A stretch of DNA of 64,000 bases from an uncultured Verrucomicrobiales bacterium. GTDB lineage: Bacteria; Verrucomicrobiota; Verrucomicrobiia; Verrucomicrobiales; DEV007. Made by a program: the position numbers and the translations under genes. Below the pieces are notes generated by a model. That model ran no database searches and had not been told where the DNA came from. It saw only the letters and a program-made list of their open reading frames with translations. Below are positions 10,250 to 19,723 of this stretch, piece by piece. The stretch spans positions 32,001 through 96,000 of the forward strand of contig CALKOM010000006.1 of NCBI GenBank assembly GCA_938091905.1. The letters run 5' to 3'. Every line of letters begins with the position of its first letter. The stretch's first letter is position 1.

Positions 10250-11545
10250 ATGAACCGATTGCTACTCGCACTTCTACTTGTTCCGCTGACGTTGAAAGCA
10301 GACTGGCCGCAATGGCGAGGTCCCGGTGGTCAGGGGCACGCTGATGGTAGGCTGCCGCTCTCGTGGAGTGAAACCAAGAATGTGGATTGGAAGATACCGA
10401 TTCCTGGGCGTGGTTGGTCGTCGCCGGTGGTCTTGGATGGGCAAGTTTGGCTGACCACAGCTTTCGAAGCAGAGAGGGATTCGGAGGAAGAGACGCCAAA
10501 CACTGGTCCTGACGGTAAGATCATCCCTACACCGATTCCCAAAGTAGATCTTCATGCCGTCTGTGTGGACATGGCTTCAGGAAAGGTGCTGCACAATGTG
10601 CAGGTCTTCTCTGTGAAAGAGCCGCAGATGATTCATAAACAGAACAGTTATGCATCACCTTCGCCTGTGATTGAGAAGGGCCGCGTCTACGTTCACTTTG
10701 GGGCCTATGGCACTGCTTGCCTTGATACCGGTACTGGCAAAGTGCTCTGGAAAAACAGCGAGCTTGTTGTTCAGCATGAGAATGGCCCTGGCAGTTGTCC
10801 TACGCTCTCGGGGAACAATCTAATCTTTCACATGGATGGCAGTGACCTACAGTACATTGTGGCGTTGGACAAAGTAACGGGAAAGATTGCCTGGAAGACT
10901 GACAGAACGGGTGAGTTGAATGACAACTATCAGCTCAAAAAGGCCTATGGCACGCCGTTGAGTGTGACGTTGGGTGGGCATGAGCAGTTGCTTTCTAATG
11001 CGGCCGATTGGCTCTATAGTTATGAGCTGGGAACGGGTAAGGAGCTTTGGAAGATGCCCTATGGTCGGCTGGGTTTTTCTAATGTGGCTCGGTTAGTTGT
11101 GGGACATGGCCTCATCTTCATGCCGACAGGGTTTTCCAAGTCGCAGATGTTTGCCGTTCGTGCAGATGGGAAAGGCGAGGCTGAGATCGAATGGACCTAC
11201 AAACGTAATGTGCCTACCGGTCCGTCCCCAATCTTGGTGGGCGATGAGTTGTACTTTGTGAGTGATCAGGGAGGGCTTGTCTCCTGTCTCGATGCGAAGA
11301 GTGGAGAGCTTGTGTGGAAAGGTCGCCTTGCGGGTGGCAACTACTGGGCCTCGCCAATCTTTGGAGATGGCAAGCTCTACTTCTTCTCCGAACAGGGAGT
11401 GACCTCAGTGCTTAAGCCAGGAAAGGCCTTCGAGAAGCTGGCCGAGAATCAGCTAGACGGCCTTATCATGGGCTCAGCGGCTGTTGCTGGCAATGCTTTC
11501 ATCATCCGGACAGACGAAGCCCTTTATCGGATCGGCGAGCGGTAA
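10250..11545 (+). CDS. PQQ-binding-like beta-propeller protein (BamB-like, PVC type)
   Basis: Signal peptide then DWPQWRGP; GWSSPVV, ASPSP, repeated ALDK.TGK..W; ATG 10250 chosen over the track start 10157. Confidence 0.85.
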   Translation: MNRLLLALLLVPLTLKADWPQWRGPGGQGHADGRLPLSWSETKNVDWKIPIPGRGWSSPVVLDGQVWLTTAFEAERDSEEETPNTGPDGKIIPTPIPKVDLHAVCVDMASGKVLHNVQVFSVKEPQMIHKQNSYASPSPVIEKGRVYVHFGAYGTACLDTGTGKVLWKNSELVVQHENGPGSCPTLSGNNLIFHMDGSDLQYIVALDKVTGKIAWKTDRTGELNDNYQLKKAYGTPLSVTLGGHEQLLSNAADWLYSYELGTGKELWKMPYGRLGFSNVARLVVGHGLIFMPTGFSKSQMFAVRADGKGEAEIEWTYKRNVPTGPSPILVGDELYFVSDQGGLVSCLDAKSGELVWKGRLAGGNYWASPIFGDGKLYFFSEQGVTSVLKPGKAFEKLAENQLDGLIMGSAAVAGNAFIIRTDEALYRIGER

Positions 11546-11570
11546 GTTGCGATCGCGTTCAGGAGGAAGG

Positions 11571-12734
11571 TTAGCCCTCATTCCAATAGATGATCACGTT
11601 TTTCGTAGCTCGACCGGAGGCAATCAGATCGAGCTTGCCGTCGCCGTTAAGATCGGAGGCTTTGATGTCTTCGCAGGCCATGGTGTTATCGTCAATGGTG
11701 TGCGTGGTCCAGCCATCGTTCTCCCAGTGGTACATTCGAATGCCGACCTTATCTTGAGCGTTCTTGTCACGCCAGCCAGCGACGACCTGTTGACGAGACC
11801 CGGGTAGGAACTGACCGCAAACGAGACCGTGTCCTTGTTTTAGGGTGGTATCGAGCACGACGCGTGTCTTGTTAGGTTCGTAAATGACGACTTCGTTTCC
11901 ATGCAGTGGTTCGATCGCCGCGAAGGTTCGATGATCTTCAGAACCGTGGTGATTGGGATAAGGGCCCCAACGGATTTCACCAATCCCGCCAGAAGGAAGG
12001 GCTTTGCCAGGCTCGCCGATCCAGTGTTCTGTCTTCGTTGAGTTCGTGGTGTGGAGGATCTTGAGGCCTTCGGTCCCGCCCACGGCAAGTTCCGGTCCGA
12101 AGGGATCAAAGTTGTGTGTCTTGTGTAGGGACTCATCAAGCAAGGTGAGATTCCAATTGGTCGCATTCTTGATCTCGCTTTGAGGCATTCTGTAAGAAAA
12201 GATCCGCACACCATTGTCACCTTCGCCACCCTTGTTGCCGCTACCATGCAGGGGCAAGACGACTAGTTCTGGTTGACCTGTCTTTGGTAGAATCCAGTGC
12301 ATGCGGTGCACAGTGGGTTCGTTAGGAAGCCTCACGACTTTCCAGCGTTGCGTGCGATCTTCTGGCGCGATCAAGTAATGGACGGATCCGGATTCACGAC
12401 GGGAAATGGTATTGCCAGGATTCCAGTTGGCACCGACAGCGATCTCGACTTTACCGTCACCGTCCAGATCACGGGCGGCAATGCAGACGTTGTCTTTGAG
12501 CGTGAGTTTGCTTGCAATGACATGCTTGGCCCATGTGGGATTCTCGTACCAGACGATGTCGAACTGATCTGCCATAAGGATGTCGACTCTGCCATCGCCA
12601 TCCACATCTCCAATGGTGAGACCGTATCCGATCTTGATATCAGGGTCGATCGTCTCTGCACGAAATTGGGGAATTGCTGCGGAGCTCATCCCGAGTGAAC
12701 CTATGATTGTGGCAAGAAAGGGCGTCCATTTCAT
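11571..12734 (-). CDS. Secreted FG-GAP/VCBS beta-propeller protein (aldos-2-ulose dehydratase propeller-like)
   Basis: DVDGDGRVDI, DLDGDGKVEI, DLNGDGKLDL repeats; His-rich motifs PTVHRMHW, PLHG, EPLHGN, QGHG. Confidence 0.8.
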   Translation of the reverse strand: MKWTPFLATIIGSLGMSSAAIPQFRAETIDPDIKIGYGLTIGDVDGDGRVDILMADQFDIVWYENPTWAKHVIASKLTLKDNVCIAARDLDGDGKVEIAVGANWNPGNTISRRESGSVHYLIAPEDRTQRWKVVRLPNEPTVHRMHWILPKTGQPELVVLPLHGSGNKGGEGDNGVRIFSYRMPQSEIKNATNWNLTLLDESLHKTHNFDPFGPELAVGGTEGLKILHTTNSTKTEHWIGEPGKALPSGGIGEIRWGPYPNHHGSEDHRTFAAIEPLHGNEVVIYEPNKTRVVLDTTLKQGHGLVCGQFLPGSRQQVVAGWRDKNAQDKVGIRMYHWENDGWTTHTIDDNTMACEDIKASDLNGDGKLDLIASGRATKNVIIYWNEG

Positions 12735-12796
12735 GCCACCAGGCTAACTCCGTGTCCGTGATAGCCGCAAGCAGGGTGTGGGCGAAAGTGATGTTC

Positions 12797-13441
12797 CTAG
12801 GCCGAATTTTCGGAAATATCGCCGATGAGCATTCTCTCCAGGTACCTCTTGAGGTGGGCCAAGCGTGTGTGAAGGCAAGCAGTCTCGAGGAGCAGGTGGC
12901 GCTCCTCCGGCCTGTCTATGAAATGGTAGCCGATCAAATCTCCGAGCATTTCCGGATCTTCCAGCCCACAGACCTGCTCCTGAATGGGCCGGGAGGCCTC
13001 CTTGTTGTCCAAGGCCATCAGTTCCATGGCCTGTGAACGCACGTCTTCGACAAGATTGGAGATCTCGCCTGGGTCACCATTGACGGTTGTGATTGGGGTG
13101 ACGGCGGCTGTTGTGTAGGGGCGATCGGTCTGGAAATCGGTCAGGCGGATCCGCTGAAGGCCTTGAAGGAGGAGATTGGAACAACCATCTGGTTGAGCCA
13201 CGCAGGCCCGGATGAAGCCCGCCGTGGAGGCTGGATGGATCCAATCAGTGGGATCGCCTGGATCTTTAGCGTTGTTCAGCGTGCCTATGCAAAACATGCG
13301 TTCCCCTTGGAGGGCCTCTTCGAGCATCATCCGGTAACATGGCTCGAAGATGTGAAGGGGAAGCAGTCCGTGTGGAAGCAGATTGCAGCCCGATAGAGTC
13401 ATGACGGGTAGGCGTTTGGGTATGGGCGGGCGATGGAGCAT
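12797..13441 (-). CDS. Stand-alone LON peptidase substrate-binding (LON N-terminal) domain protein
   Basis: LPVMTL...LLPHGLLPLHIFEPCYRMM; DG.SNLLLQGLQRIRL; ERHLLLE; no AAA or protease domain. Confidence 0.85.
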   Translation of the reverse strand: MLHRPPIPKRLPVMTLSGCNLLPHGLLPLHIFEPCYRMMLEEALQGERMFCIGTLNNAKDPGDPTDWIHPASTAGFIRACVAQPDGCSNLLLQGLQRIRLTDFQTDRPYTTAAVTPITTVNGDPGEISNLVEDVRSQAMELMALDNKEASRPIQEQVCGLEDPEMLGDLIGYHFIDRPEERHLLLETACLHTRLAHLKRYLERMLIGDISENSA

Positions 13442-13593
13442 GAGAGTTTTTTTTTATTAACGTTTCTCACGCTCTTTGGGACGAATCTGGGATGTCGAGC
13501 TTTTCAGGTTGCTAGGTGGGCAGAATATGATTGTATTCTCCGCCCCGGACCTAGGGTTTTTCCAAGTTTCGGTAGGACTATTTAGGCAAATAA

Positions 13594-13851
13594 ATGAGTG
13601 AATTAAGTATTAACCTTTCAGACTTCAAGGTCCACGAGACGGACACTGGGAGTTCCAGCGTGCAAATCGCCCGTCTAACGGAGCGCATCAACCACCTGAC
13701 CGATCATCTGTCCATCCACAAGAAGGACGTTTCTTCTCGGCGTGGTCTCCTCATGCTCGTGGCTCAGCGTCGTAAGTTGCTCGATTACACCAAGCGCACG
13801 GACGAGGAACGCTATAATGGCCTCCTGAAATCTTTAGAGCTCCGTCGCTAA
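13594..13851 (+). CDS. rpsO: 30S ribosomal protein S15
   Basis: [47 protein letters not shown]; lies upstream of pnp. Confidence 0.98.
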   Translation: MSELSINLSDFKVHETDTGSSSVQIARLTERINHLTDHLSIHKKDVSSRRGLLMLVAQRRKLLDYTKRTDEERYNGLLKSLELRR

Positions 13852-13852
13852 T

Positions 13853-14088
13853 TTGCGGTAACGCCCAGCTCCTCATACCGTCAATGCCTACCGCAACCCT
13901 GTCTTTTGACACCATGCGAGTAGGGTCCACGGCACCCTTTTTAGACTCAGCCCTGGGCCTCTCTGGTCTGGAGCTGAGTTTTCCTATTCCCAGAGGCGTA
14001 CCGATGTCTACTGGCAGGTAAACTCCGATTTCTGAGGGTGCAGACCCTAGGGAGATCGAAGTTTGCAGGCCGGTGGAGGTCGTTCGGT
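13853..14088 (+). promoter_or_regulatory. Structured rpsO-pnp intergenic region / pnp 5' leader
   Basis: Stems TTGCGGTA/TACCGCAA and ACTCAGC/GCTGAGT, plus a ~90 nt hairpin at 14000-14088 capped by AGGGT-GCAG-ACCCT. Confidence 0.6.
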
Positions 14089-14131
14089 GACGGGAAATCA
14101 TCAACCACCCCAACTCAACGACTACCAACCT

Positions 14132-16297
14132 ATGAGTATTGAAAGCGTATCGGGCCAGATCGGCTCGGGCACCATTAAGATAGAGACCGGCAAGATGGCC
14201 AGACAGGCTGACGGCGCGGTCACCGTGCAACTCGGCGACACCATCGTCATCGTCACTGCTGTTTCTCAAACGAAGACTCGAGAGGGCCAAGACTGGTTCC
14301 CACTCAGTGTGGAATACAAGGAGAAGGCTTCTGCTGCAGGCCGTTTCCCTGGTGGCTACTTCAAGCGTGAAGGCCGCCCCACCGAGAAAGAGATTCTCAC
14401 CTGCCGGATGACGGATCGCCCACTGCGTCCGCTTTTCCCAAAGGGCTACCTATATGACACGCAGATCGTGTCTCTCCTCCTCAGTGCGGATGGCGAGAAC
14501 GATGCGGACATTCTGGGAATGAACGGGGCATCCGCTGCCCTTTGTGTGTCGGACATCCCCTTCGCTGGACCTATCGGCGCTGTCCGTGTCGGTCATGTCG
14601 ATGGCAAATTTATCGCCAACCCGACCCACGCTGAGCGTGAAGAGAGCGATCTCGATCTCGTCTATGTGGGAAATAAGACCGACGTCATCATGATCGAAGG
14701 TGCGGCAAATGAGCTCGACGAAGCTGAGTTCATCAAGGCGTTGCACTTTGCTCAAGAGAACGTCACGAAACTTGTCGTGATGCAGGAAGAGCTCGTTGCC
14801 AAGGCTGGTAAAGAGAAGCGCGAAGTCGAACTCTCGGTCGCTAAGCAAGAATTGTTAGACATCGCCTATGAAGTGGCTGGCGATCGTATCGAAGAAGCGA
14901 TCTACACCAAGGGCAAGGTTCCTCGCGGCAAAGCGGTTGAAGCGCTGCGCAAAGAAGTGACGGAAGCGATCACGGCCAAGTTCGAAGACGCCGGTGATTT
15001 CGAGATCAACCAAGCCTTTGATTTCCTTCAGAAGAAAGCGTTCCGCGTGTCCATTATGGGCACTGGTAAGCGTTGCGATGGTCGTGGCACCAACGACCTG
15101 CGTCCTCTCTCTGCTGAGGCTGACCTTATCCCACGCACGCACGGTTCAGCCTTGTTCGCTCGCGGTGAAACGCAGGCTCTCGGTTTGTGCACCTTGGCCA
15201 CGATGGATGACCAGCAGTACTACGATAACTACACCGGTGGTGTGGATTCGAAGCGCTTCTTGCTCCATTACAACTTCCCTCCATTTAGTGTCGGTGAAAC
15301 TGGCCGCATGGGTGGCATCAATCGCCGTGAGATCGGTCACGGCGCCCTCGCAGAGCGCTCTATCGAGCCTGCGCTGCCTGATCCCGAGGATTTCCCTTAC
15401 GCTATTCGTATCTCAAGCGAAGTGATGGAGTCGAACGGTTCCACCTCCATGGCCACGGTTTGTTCCGGCTCCATGGCCTTGTATGACGCGGGTGTCCCTC
15501 TCAAACGTCCTGTTGCTGGTATCTCTGTCGGACTCGTTTCGGAGAACGACGATGATGGGAACATGGTCAAGTACCACACGTTGCTCGACATCATTGGCTC
15601 CGAAGACTTCTTCGGTGACATGGACTTCAAACTTTGTGGCACGGAGAACGGTGTCACCGGTTACCAGTTGGACCTCAAGCTTCCTGGCTTGCCCATGAAC
15701 ATCCTTGAAGAGGCGATCCACCAAGCGAAAGAAGCTCGCGGCAAAGTTCTCGATGTCATGAATGAAGCGATCAGTGGCCCAGCTGAGTTGAGCCAATTCG
15801 CACCGCGCATTGAGTCGATCAAGGTGCCTCAAGATCGTATCGGTGAACTCATCGGGCCTGGCGGTAAGGTCATCCGTGGCATCCAAGCCGAAAGTGGTGC
15901 CGAGATTAACATCGAAGATGATGGGACAGTGCACATCTACGCGATCAAGCTAGAAGGCCTAGAGCGCGCTACGAAGATGATTAAGAACATCTTTGCTGAG
16001 ATCGAAGTGGGTGCCCTCTACGAAGGAAAGATTGTTTCCACGACCAAATTTGGAGCGTTCATGGCCGTCTTGCCTGGCAAGGACGGCATGATTCACATTT
16101 CTGAACTTGCGGACTTCCGCGTAAAGTCGGTGGAAGACGTGGTCAAGGTCGGCGATATGGTCACTGCCAAGTGCATCGGCGTAGACGAGAAAGGTCGCGT
16201 CAAGATGAGCCGCAAAGCCGCCATGAAAGACAAGGCGAGCGAGAGCGGCGGCGACGAACCGCCCGAAGTGGCGGACGCCGAAGAAGTCGAAGCCTAA
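14132..16297 (+). CDS. pnp: Polyribonucleotide nucleotidyltransferase (PNPase)
   Basis: ETGKMARQADGAV, FPGGYFKREGRP, RREIGHGALAER, ESNGSTSMA, GDMDFK, KH (IGPGGK) and S1 domains; ATG 14132. Confidence 0.98.
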   Translation: MSIESVSGQIGSGTIKIETGKMARQADGAVTVQLGDTIVIVTAVSQTKTREGQDWFPLSVEYKEKASAAGRFPGGYFKREGRPTEKEILTCRMTDRPLRPLFPKGYLYDTQIVSLLLSADGENDADILGMNGASAALCVSDIPFAGPIGAVRVGHVDGKFIANPTHAEREESDLDLVYVGNKTDVIMIEGAANELDEAEFIKALHFAQENVTKLVVMQEELVAKAGKEKREVELSVAKQELLDIAYEVAGDRIEEAIYTKGKVPRGKAVEALRKEVTEAITAKFEDAGDFEINQAFDFLQKKAFRVSIMGTGKRCDGRGTNDLRPLSAEADLIPRTHGSALFARGETQALGLCTLATMDDQQYYDNYTGGVDSKRFLLHYNFPPFSVGETGRMGGINRREIGHGALAERSIEPALPDPEDFPYAIRISSEVMESNGSTSMATVCSGSMALYDAGVPLKRPVAGISVGLVSENDDDGNMVKYHTLLDIIGSEDFFGDMDFKLCGTENGVTGYQLDLKLPGLPMNILEEAIHQAKEARGKVLDVMNEAISGPAELSQFAPRIESIKVPQDRIGELIGPGGKVIRGIQAESGAEINIEDDGTVHIYAIKLEGLERATKMIKNIFAEIEVGALYEGKIVSTTKFGAFMAVLPGKDGMIHISELADFRVKSVEDVVKVGDMVTAKCIGVDEKGRVKMSRKAAMKDKASESGGDEPPEVADAEEVEA

Positions 16298-16347
16298 TCT
16301 GGTCTATAGCGGGACTCACCAGAGCCGTTTCGGCCCAAAAGGTCATC

Positions 16348-16383
16348 GTAGGCTCCTCAGCAATGGGGAGCCTACTTCCGTTT
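16348..16383 (+). terminator. Probable intrinsic terminator after pnp
   Basis: GTAGGCTCCTCA-GCAA-TGGGGAGCCTAC 12 bp stem with a GNRA loop, followed by TTCCGTTT. Confidence 0.65.
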
Positions 16384-16449
16384 CCAGGGGTTCAAACTTG
16401 AAGCTCTTTCGGATCTCCGATAAATCCTCCCCATCCCAACCTTCCAATC

Positions 16450-17628
16450 ATGAAATTATCCAAACGGCTCGCCTGTTTCTCAACGCTACCTTTCCTGCTT
16501 ACTCCTGTTATAGCGGACGGCCCCTTTTACGGTGACCCGCCCGATGCAAATCATCCCTGGGGAGTCCACGATCACAATCGGCCTCAGCCGAAGATTGTCA
16601 CCCCTGGCACATGCAGTTCCCAGGAAGTACCGGGTAAGCCGCCCAGTGATGCGGTGGTGCTCTTCGATGGCACCGAAGCGACCATGAAGAATTGGGTGCC
16701 TGCTGGAAAGCCTAAGAACGATAAGCGCTGGACCCTAACGAACGGAGCCTTACAATGTACCCCGGGTGCTGGCACTGTAAAGACCACTGCGGAGTTCGGC
16801 GACTGTCAGCTACACATCGAGTGGACCGCACCCACCGAGATCAAAGGCAAGAGCCAAGGTCGGGGAAATAGTGGCGTCTTCTTTCTCGGTGGAGCCATTG
16901 AGGTTCAAGTGTTAGATAATTATAATAACCCATCCTATGCTGACGGCATGGCAGGTTCTGTCTATGGAGTGGCCCCGCCCATGGCCAACCCTCTGCGCAA
17001 GCCCGGCGAATGGCAGGCGTATGACATCATCTTTCGCCGTCCCGTTTACAAAGACGGCATGGAAGTCGATCCTGGCCGCGTCACCGTGCTAATCAATGGC
17101 GTTGTCGTGCAGGACAGTACCCCTCTTGAAGGTGGTGGCGGTCATCGCGGTCGTTCCAAATCTAGGCCATTCCCTGAGTCGGGCCCGCTTATGTTACAAG
17201 ACCACGGAAACACCACCGCTTTCCGCAACATTTGGTATCGCCCCTTGCCACCACGTGCCGTTGAAGGCGGCACCGATGGCCGTCTCACGAAAGAGGCAGC
17301 TATGGTCAAGCGTCAGGAAATTGCTGCCGATATTCGCAAAGATGCGGGAACGAAGACTGGCAAAGACCAAATGTATCGTCTATTTGAGTCTCTCTGTTAC
17401 GCGCCGCACGACGAAACCCTCGCTGCAGCAACGGCCATGAGTGCTACCTATGTGGCGGAATTGAAAAGCGCTGATAAAGATGCTTTGGAGAAGCGCAAGG
17501 GTGAGGTCATGCAAGCTCGTCAAGCCTTCAATTACCTTGTGAAACACGAGTTTGTTCCCACCAGCTTCACTGGCAAAGATGCTGTCGAAGCCATCATCGA
17601 AGCCCAAGGCTGGAACAAGAAGAAGTAG
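16450..17628 (+). CDS. Secreted DUF1080 protein with a helical C-terminal extension
   Basis: PPSDAVVLFDG, FGDCQLHIEW, GRGNSGVF, EVQVLD, GEWQAYDI, LQDHG, FRNIW. Confidence 0.87.
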   Translation: MKLSKRLACFSTLPFLLTPVIADGPFYGDPPDANHPWGVHDHNRPQPKIVTPGTCSSQEVPGKPPSDAVVLFDGTEATMKNWVPAGKPKNDKRWTLTNGALQCTPGAGTVKTTAEFGDCQLHIEWTAPTEIKGKSQGRGNSGVFFLGGAIEVQVLDNYNNPSYADGMAGSVYGVAPPMANPLRKPGEWQAYDIIFRRPVYKDGMEVDPGRVTVLINGVVVQDSTPLEGGGGHRGRSKSRPFPESGPLMLQDHGNTTAFRNIWYRPLPPRAVEGGTDGRLTKEAAMVKRQEIAADIRKDAGTKTGKDQMYRLFESLCYAPHDETLAAATAMSATYVAELKSADKDALEKRKGEVMQARQAFNYLVKHEFVPTSFTGKDAVEAIIEAQGWNKKK

Positions 17629-17630
17629 TC

Positions 17631-18893
17631 GTGGATCACTCCGTGATCCCGCGCTCCATCAGTTTGGCAACGCTTCAGCTGTTAGCTGGAGCGTTTCTAG
17701 GCCACACCAACGTTCACGCCGATTGGCCCCAGTTTATGGGGCCAAATCGGAATGGGGTGAGCGCGGATTCGATTGCTCTAGCAGATGCGCTGCCCGAGGA
17801 TGGGCTCGCGAAGGGGTGGTCCCACAAGCTTGGTGCTGGCTTTGCGGGGCCGATTGTAACCGGAGAACGTTGTCTGATCTTTCACCGTGAGGGCACTACG
17901 GCTCGTCTAGAATCCCTGCATGCGAAGACGGGGAAGGCCGAGTGGTCTTTCGACTATCAAACAGGCTATGTAGACCAGTTCGGATTTGATCCTGGTCCGA
18001 GGTCGACGCCGACTGTGGTAGACGATCGGGTTTTCATTCATGGAGTTGAAGGCACGCTTCATGCCGTCGATCTCAAGACAGGCAAGGCCCTCTGGAAACA
18101 TGACCTTGCGAAGGACTTCAATTCGCCCCCGGGATTCTTTGGGCGGTCGTCTTCGCCACTTGTTGTGGGGGATAAGGTGATGGTCGACATTGGGGGCCGC
18201 TACAGAGGCAAGCCGGCAACTCTCGTCGCTTTCGATGTCAAGACTGGTAAGGTTACTTGGACGGCGGGTGAAGGCGAAGCAGATTACGGAGCACCGATGC
18301 TTCTGCAGGTGCCAAGTGATTCCCCGACTGCTCTGTTCTTTGTCAGGAATGGGTTCCTTGGTGTTGATCCGGCCAACGGAATGGTTCGTTTTCAGGAGCC
18401 TTTCCGGTCACGTATCAACGCGTCTGTCAATGCGGCGAGTCCGGTCGTGGTGGGAGAGCGATTCTTCCTCTCTTCCTGCTATGACGTGGGGGCGGGCGTT
18501 TGGGAATGGGACGAAGGGAAATTGCGTTCTGTTTACAAAAAGCAGGGGGTGCTAGACTGTCACTTTAACACTCCTGTTTATTTCGAAGGGCATCTTTACG
18601 GCTTTCATGGCCGTCAGGAAACGGGCCAGGAACTTCGTTGTCTGGAATTGAACACAGGTGAGGTGAAATGGAAGGCACCGTTGCCCGCAGGCTCCGTCAC
18701 TATCGCCGATGGCAAACTTCTTGTCCTGACTGAGCGCGGTGAGTTGCTCGTGGGAAAGGCATCGCCTAGTGCTTGGCAGATACACTACCGAGCCCAGGTT
18801 GGCGGCGCCGAAACGCGGGCGCTTCCAGCCATCGCCGGCAAGTATTTCTATGTCAGAGACAAACGCCAGCTCAGTTGTGTCCAGTTACCTTAG
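17631..18893 (+). CDS. PQQ-binding-like beta-propeller protein
   Basis: DWPQFMGPNRNG, GPRSTPTV, SSSPLVVG, repeated D.KTGK..W. Confidence 0.85.
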   Translation: MDHSVIPRSISLATLQLLAGAFLGHTNVHADWPQFMGPNRNGVSADSIALADALPEDGLAKGWSHKLGAGFAGPIVTGERCLIFHREGTTARLESLHAKTGKAEWSFDYQTGYVDQFGFDPGPRSTPTVVDDRVFIHGVEGTLHAVDLKTGKALWKHDLAKDFNSPPGFFGRSSSPLVVGDKVMVDIGGRYRGKPATLVAFDVKTGKVTWTAGEGEADYGAPMLLQVPSDSPTALFFVRNGFLGVDPANGMVRFQEPFRSRINASVNAASPVVVGERFFLSSCYDVGAGVWEWDEGKLRSVYKKQGVLDCHFNTPVYFEGHLYGFHGRQETGQELRCLELNTGEVKWKAPLPAGSVTIADGKLLVLTERGELLVGKASPSAWQIHYRAQVGGAETRALPAIAGKYFYVRDKRQLSCVQLP

Positions 18894-19671
18894 AAGACGA
18901 AGCTTCTGGGTTGTTCTCTTCACGTTATGCTGCAGTATTCGCGTGCTTGGCGGCGCTGAAGAGATTCCACCGCTAAATAAGCTCGTGCTATGGGCTATCA
19001 GCACAATGCCTTCAGGTGTTGGTTATGATGCGAGTCAGCAGGCTGTCGATCGCTTGGCTGCGAGTGTGACCGTCAGCAAAGATGGGAAGACCATTGAACA
19101 AGACCTCTCCGTAGCCAAAGCCAATTTCTGTTCCGGTGCGACCTATTTGGTGTTCCTGCGCGTCATTGAGGAGTTGCGTAGTAGAGATAGCCTAAAGCTT
19201 TTGCCAAAAGTCCTCGCGCGTTATGCCCATCTCGGCGTGGCCGATGGCGAGGAGATCTTTGGGCGCTGGAATGCGAACGGCCCCGGGACAGCCAAGCTCT
19301 TTGCTGAACTACGTTGCGGCACCAATTTCACCTCTTACGAAAAGGCAAGGCCGGGCGACTTCATGAAGATGTGGTGGAGTAATGAGATTGGATCGAAGGA
19401 GAGAGGGCATCTCGTGGTCTATCTTGGCAAGACGATACTCAAGGGCAAAGAGGCTGTCCGTTTCTGGTCATCGAATAACCCAGACGGCTATGGCGTGAAG
19501 ACTGTTCCCAAGACGAGGATCAAACGGGTTCTCTTCAGTCGCTTAGACAAGTACAGGCGCCTCAAGGACGCCGGGAAGCTTTCGCTGAAGAACGTCTTTC
19601 TGGCTGACATGCTGAGAAAACCCTTCACCTGGGATCAGGTGGTGAGGGAATGCCGCGTTTCCGAGAAGTAA
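18850..19671 (+). CDS. Secreted hypothetical protein with an NlpC/P60-like Cys-His signature (start uncertain)
   Basis: RRR plus hydrophobic signal; FCSG...RPGDF...GHLVVYLG; the track start 18739 lies deep inside the upstream gene. Confidence 0.6.
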   Translation: MSETNASSVVSSYLRRRSFWVVLFTLCCSIRVLGGAEEIPPLNKLVLWAISTMPSGVGYDASQQAVDRLAASVTVSKDGKTIEQDLSVAKANFCSGATYLVFLRVIEELRSRDSLKLLPKVLARYAHLGVADGEEIFGRWNANGPGTAKLFAELRCGTNFTSYEKARPGDFMKMWWSNEIGSKERGHLVVYLGKTILKGKEAVRFWSSNNPDGYGVKTVPKTRIKRVLFSRLDKYRRLKDAGKLSLKNVFLADMLRKPFTWDQVVRECRVSEK

Positions 19672-19723
19672 GGCATCACTGGGGACGTTGACACCCTCGT
19701 CCATTGTGGCCTACAACGGCACC

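Noticed and set aside
13442..13593. S15 autoregulatory leader upstream of rpsO
   Set aside because: Expected by analogy, but I could not identify a convincing structure.
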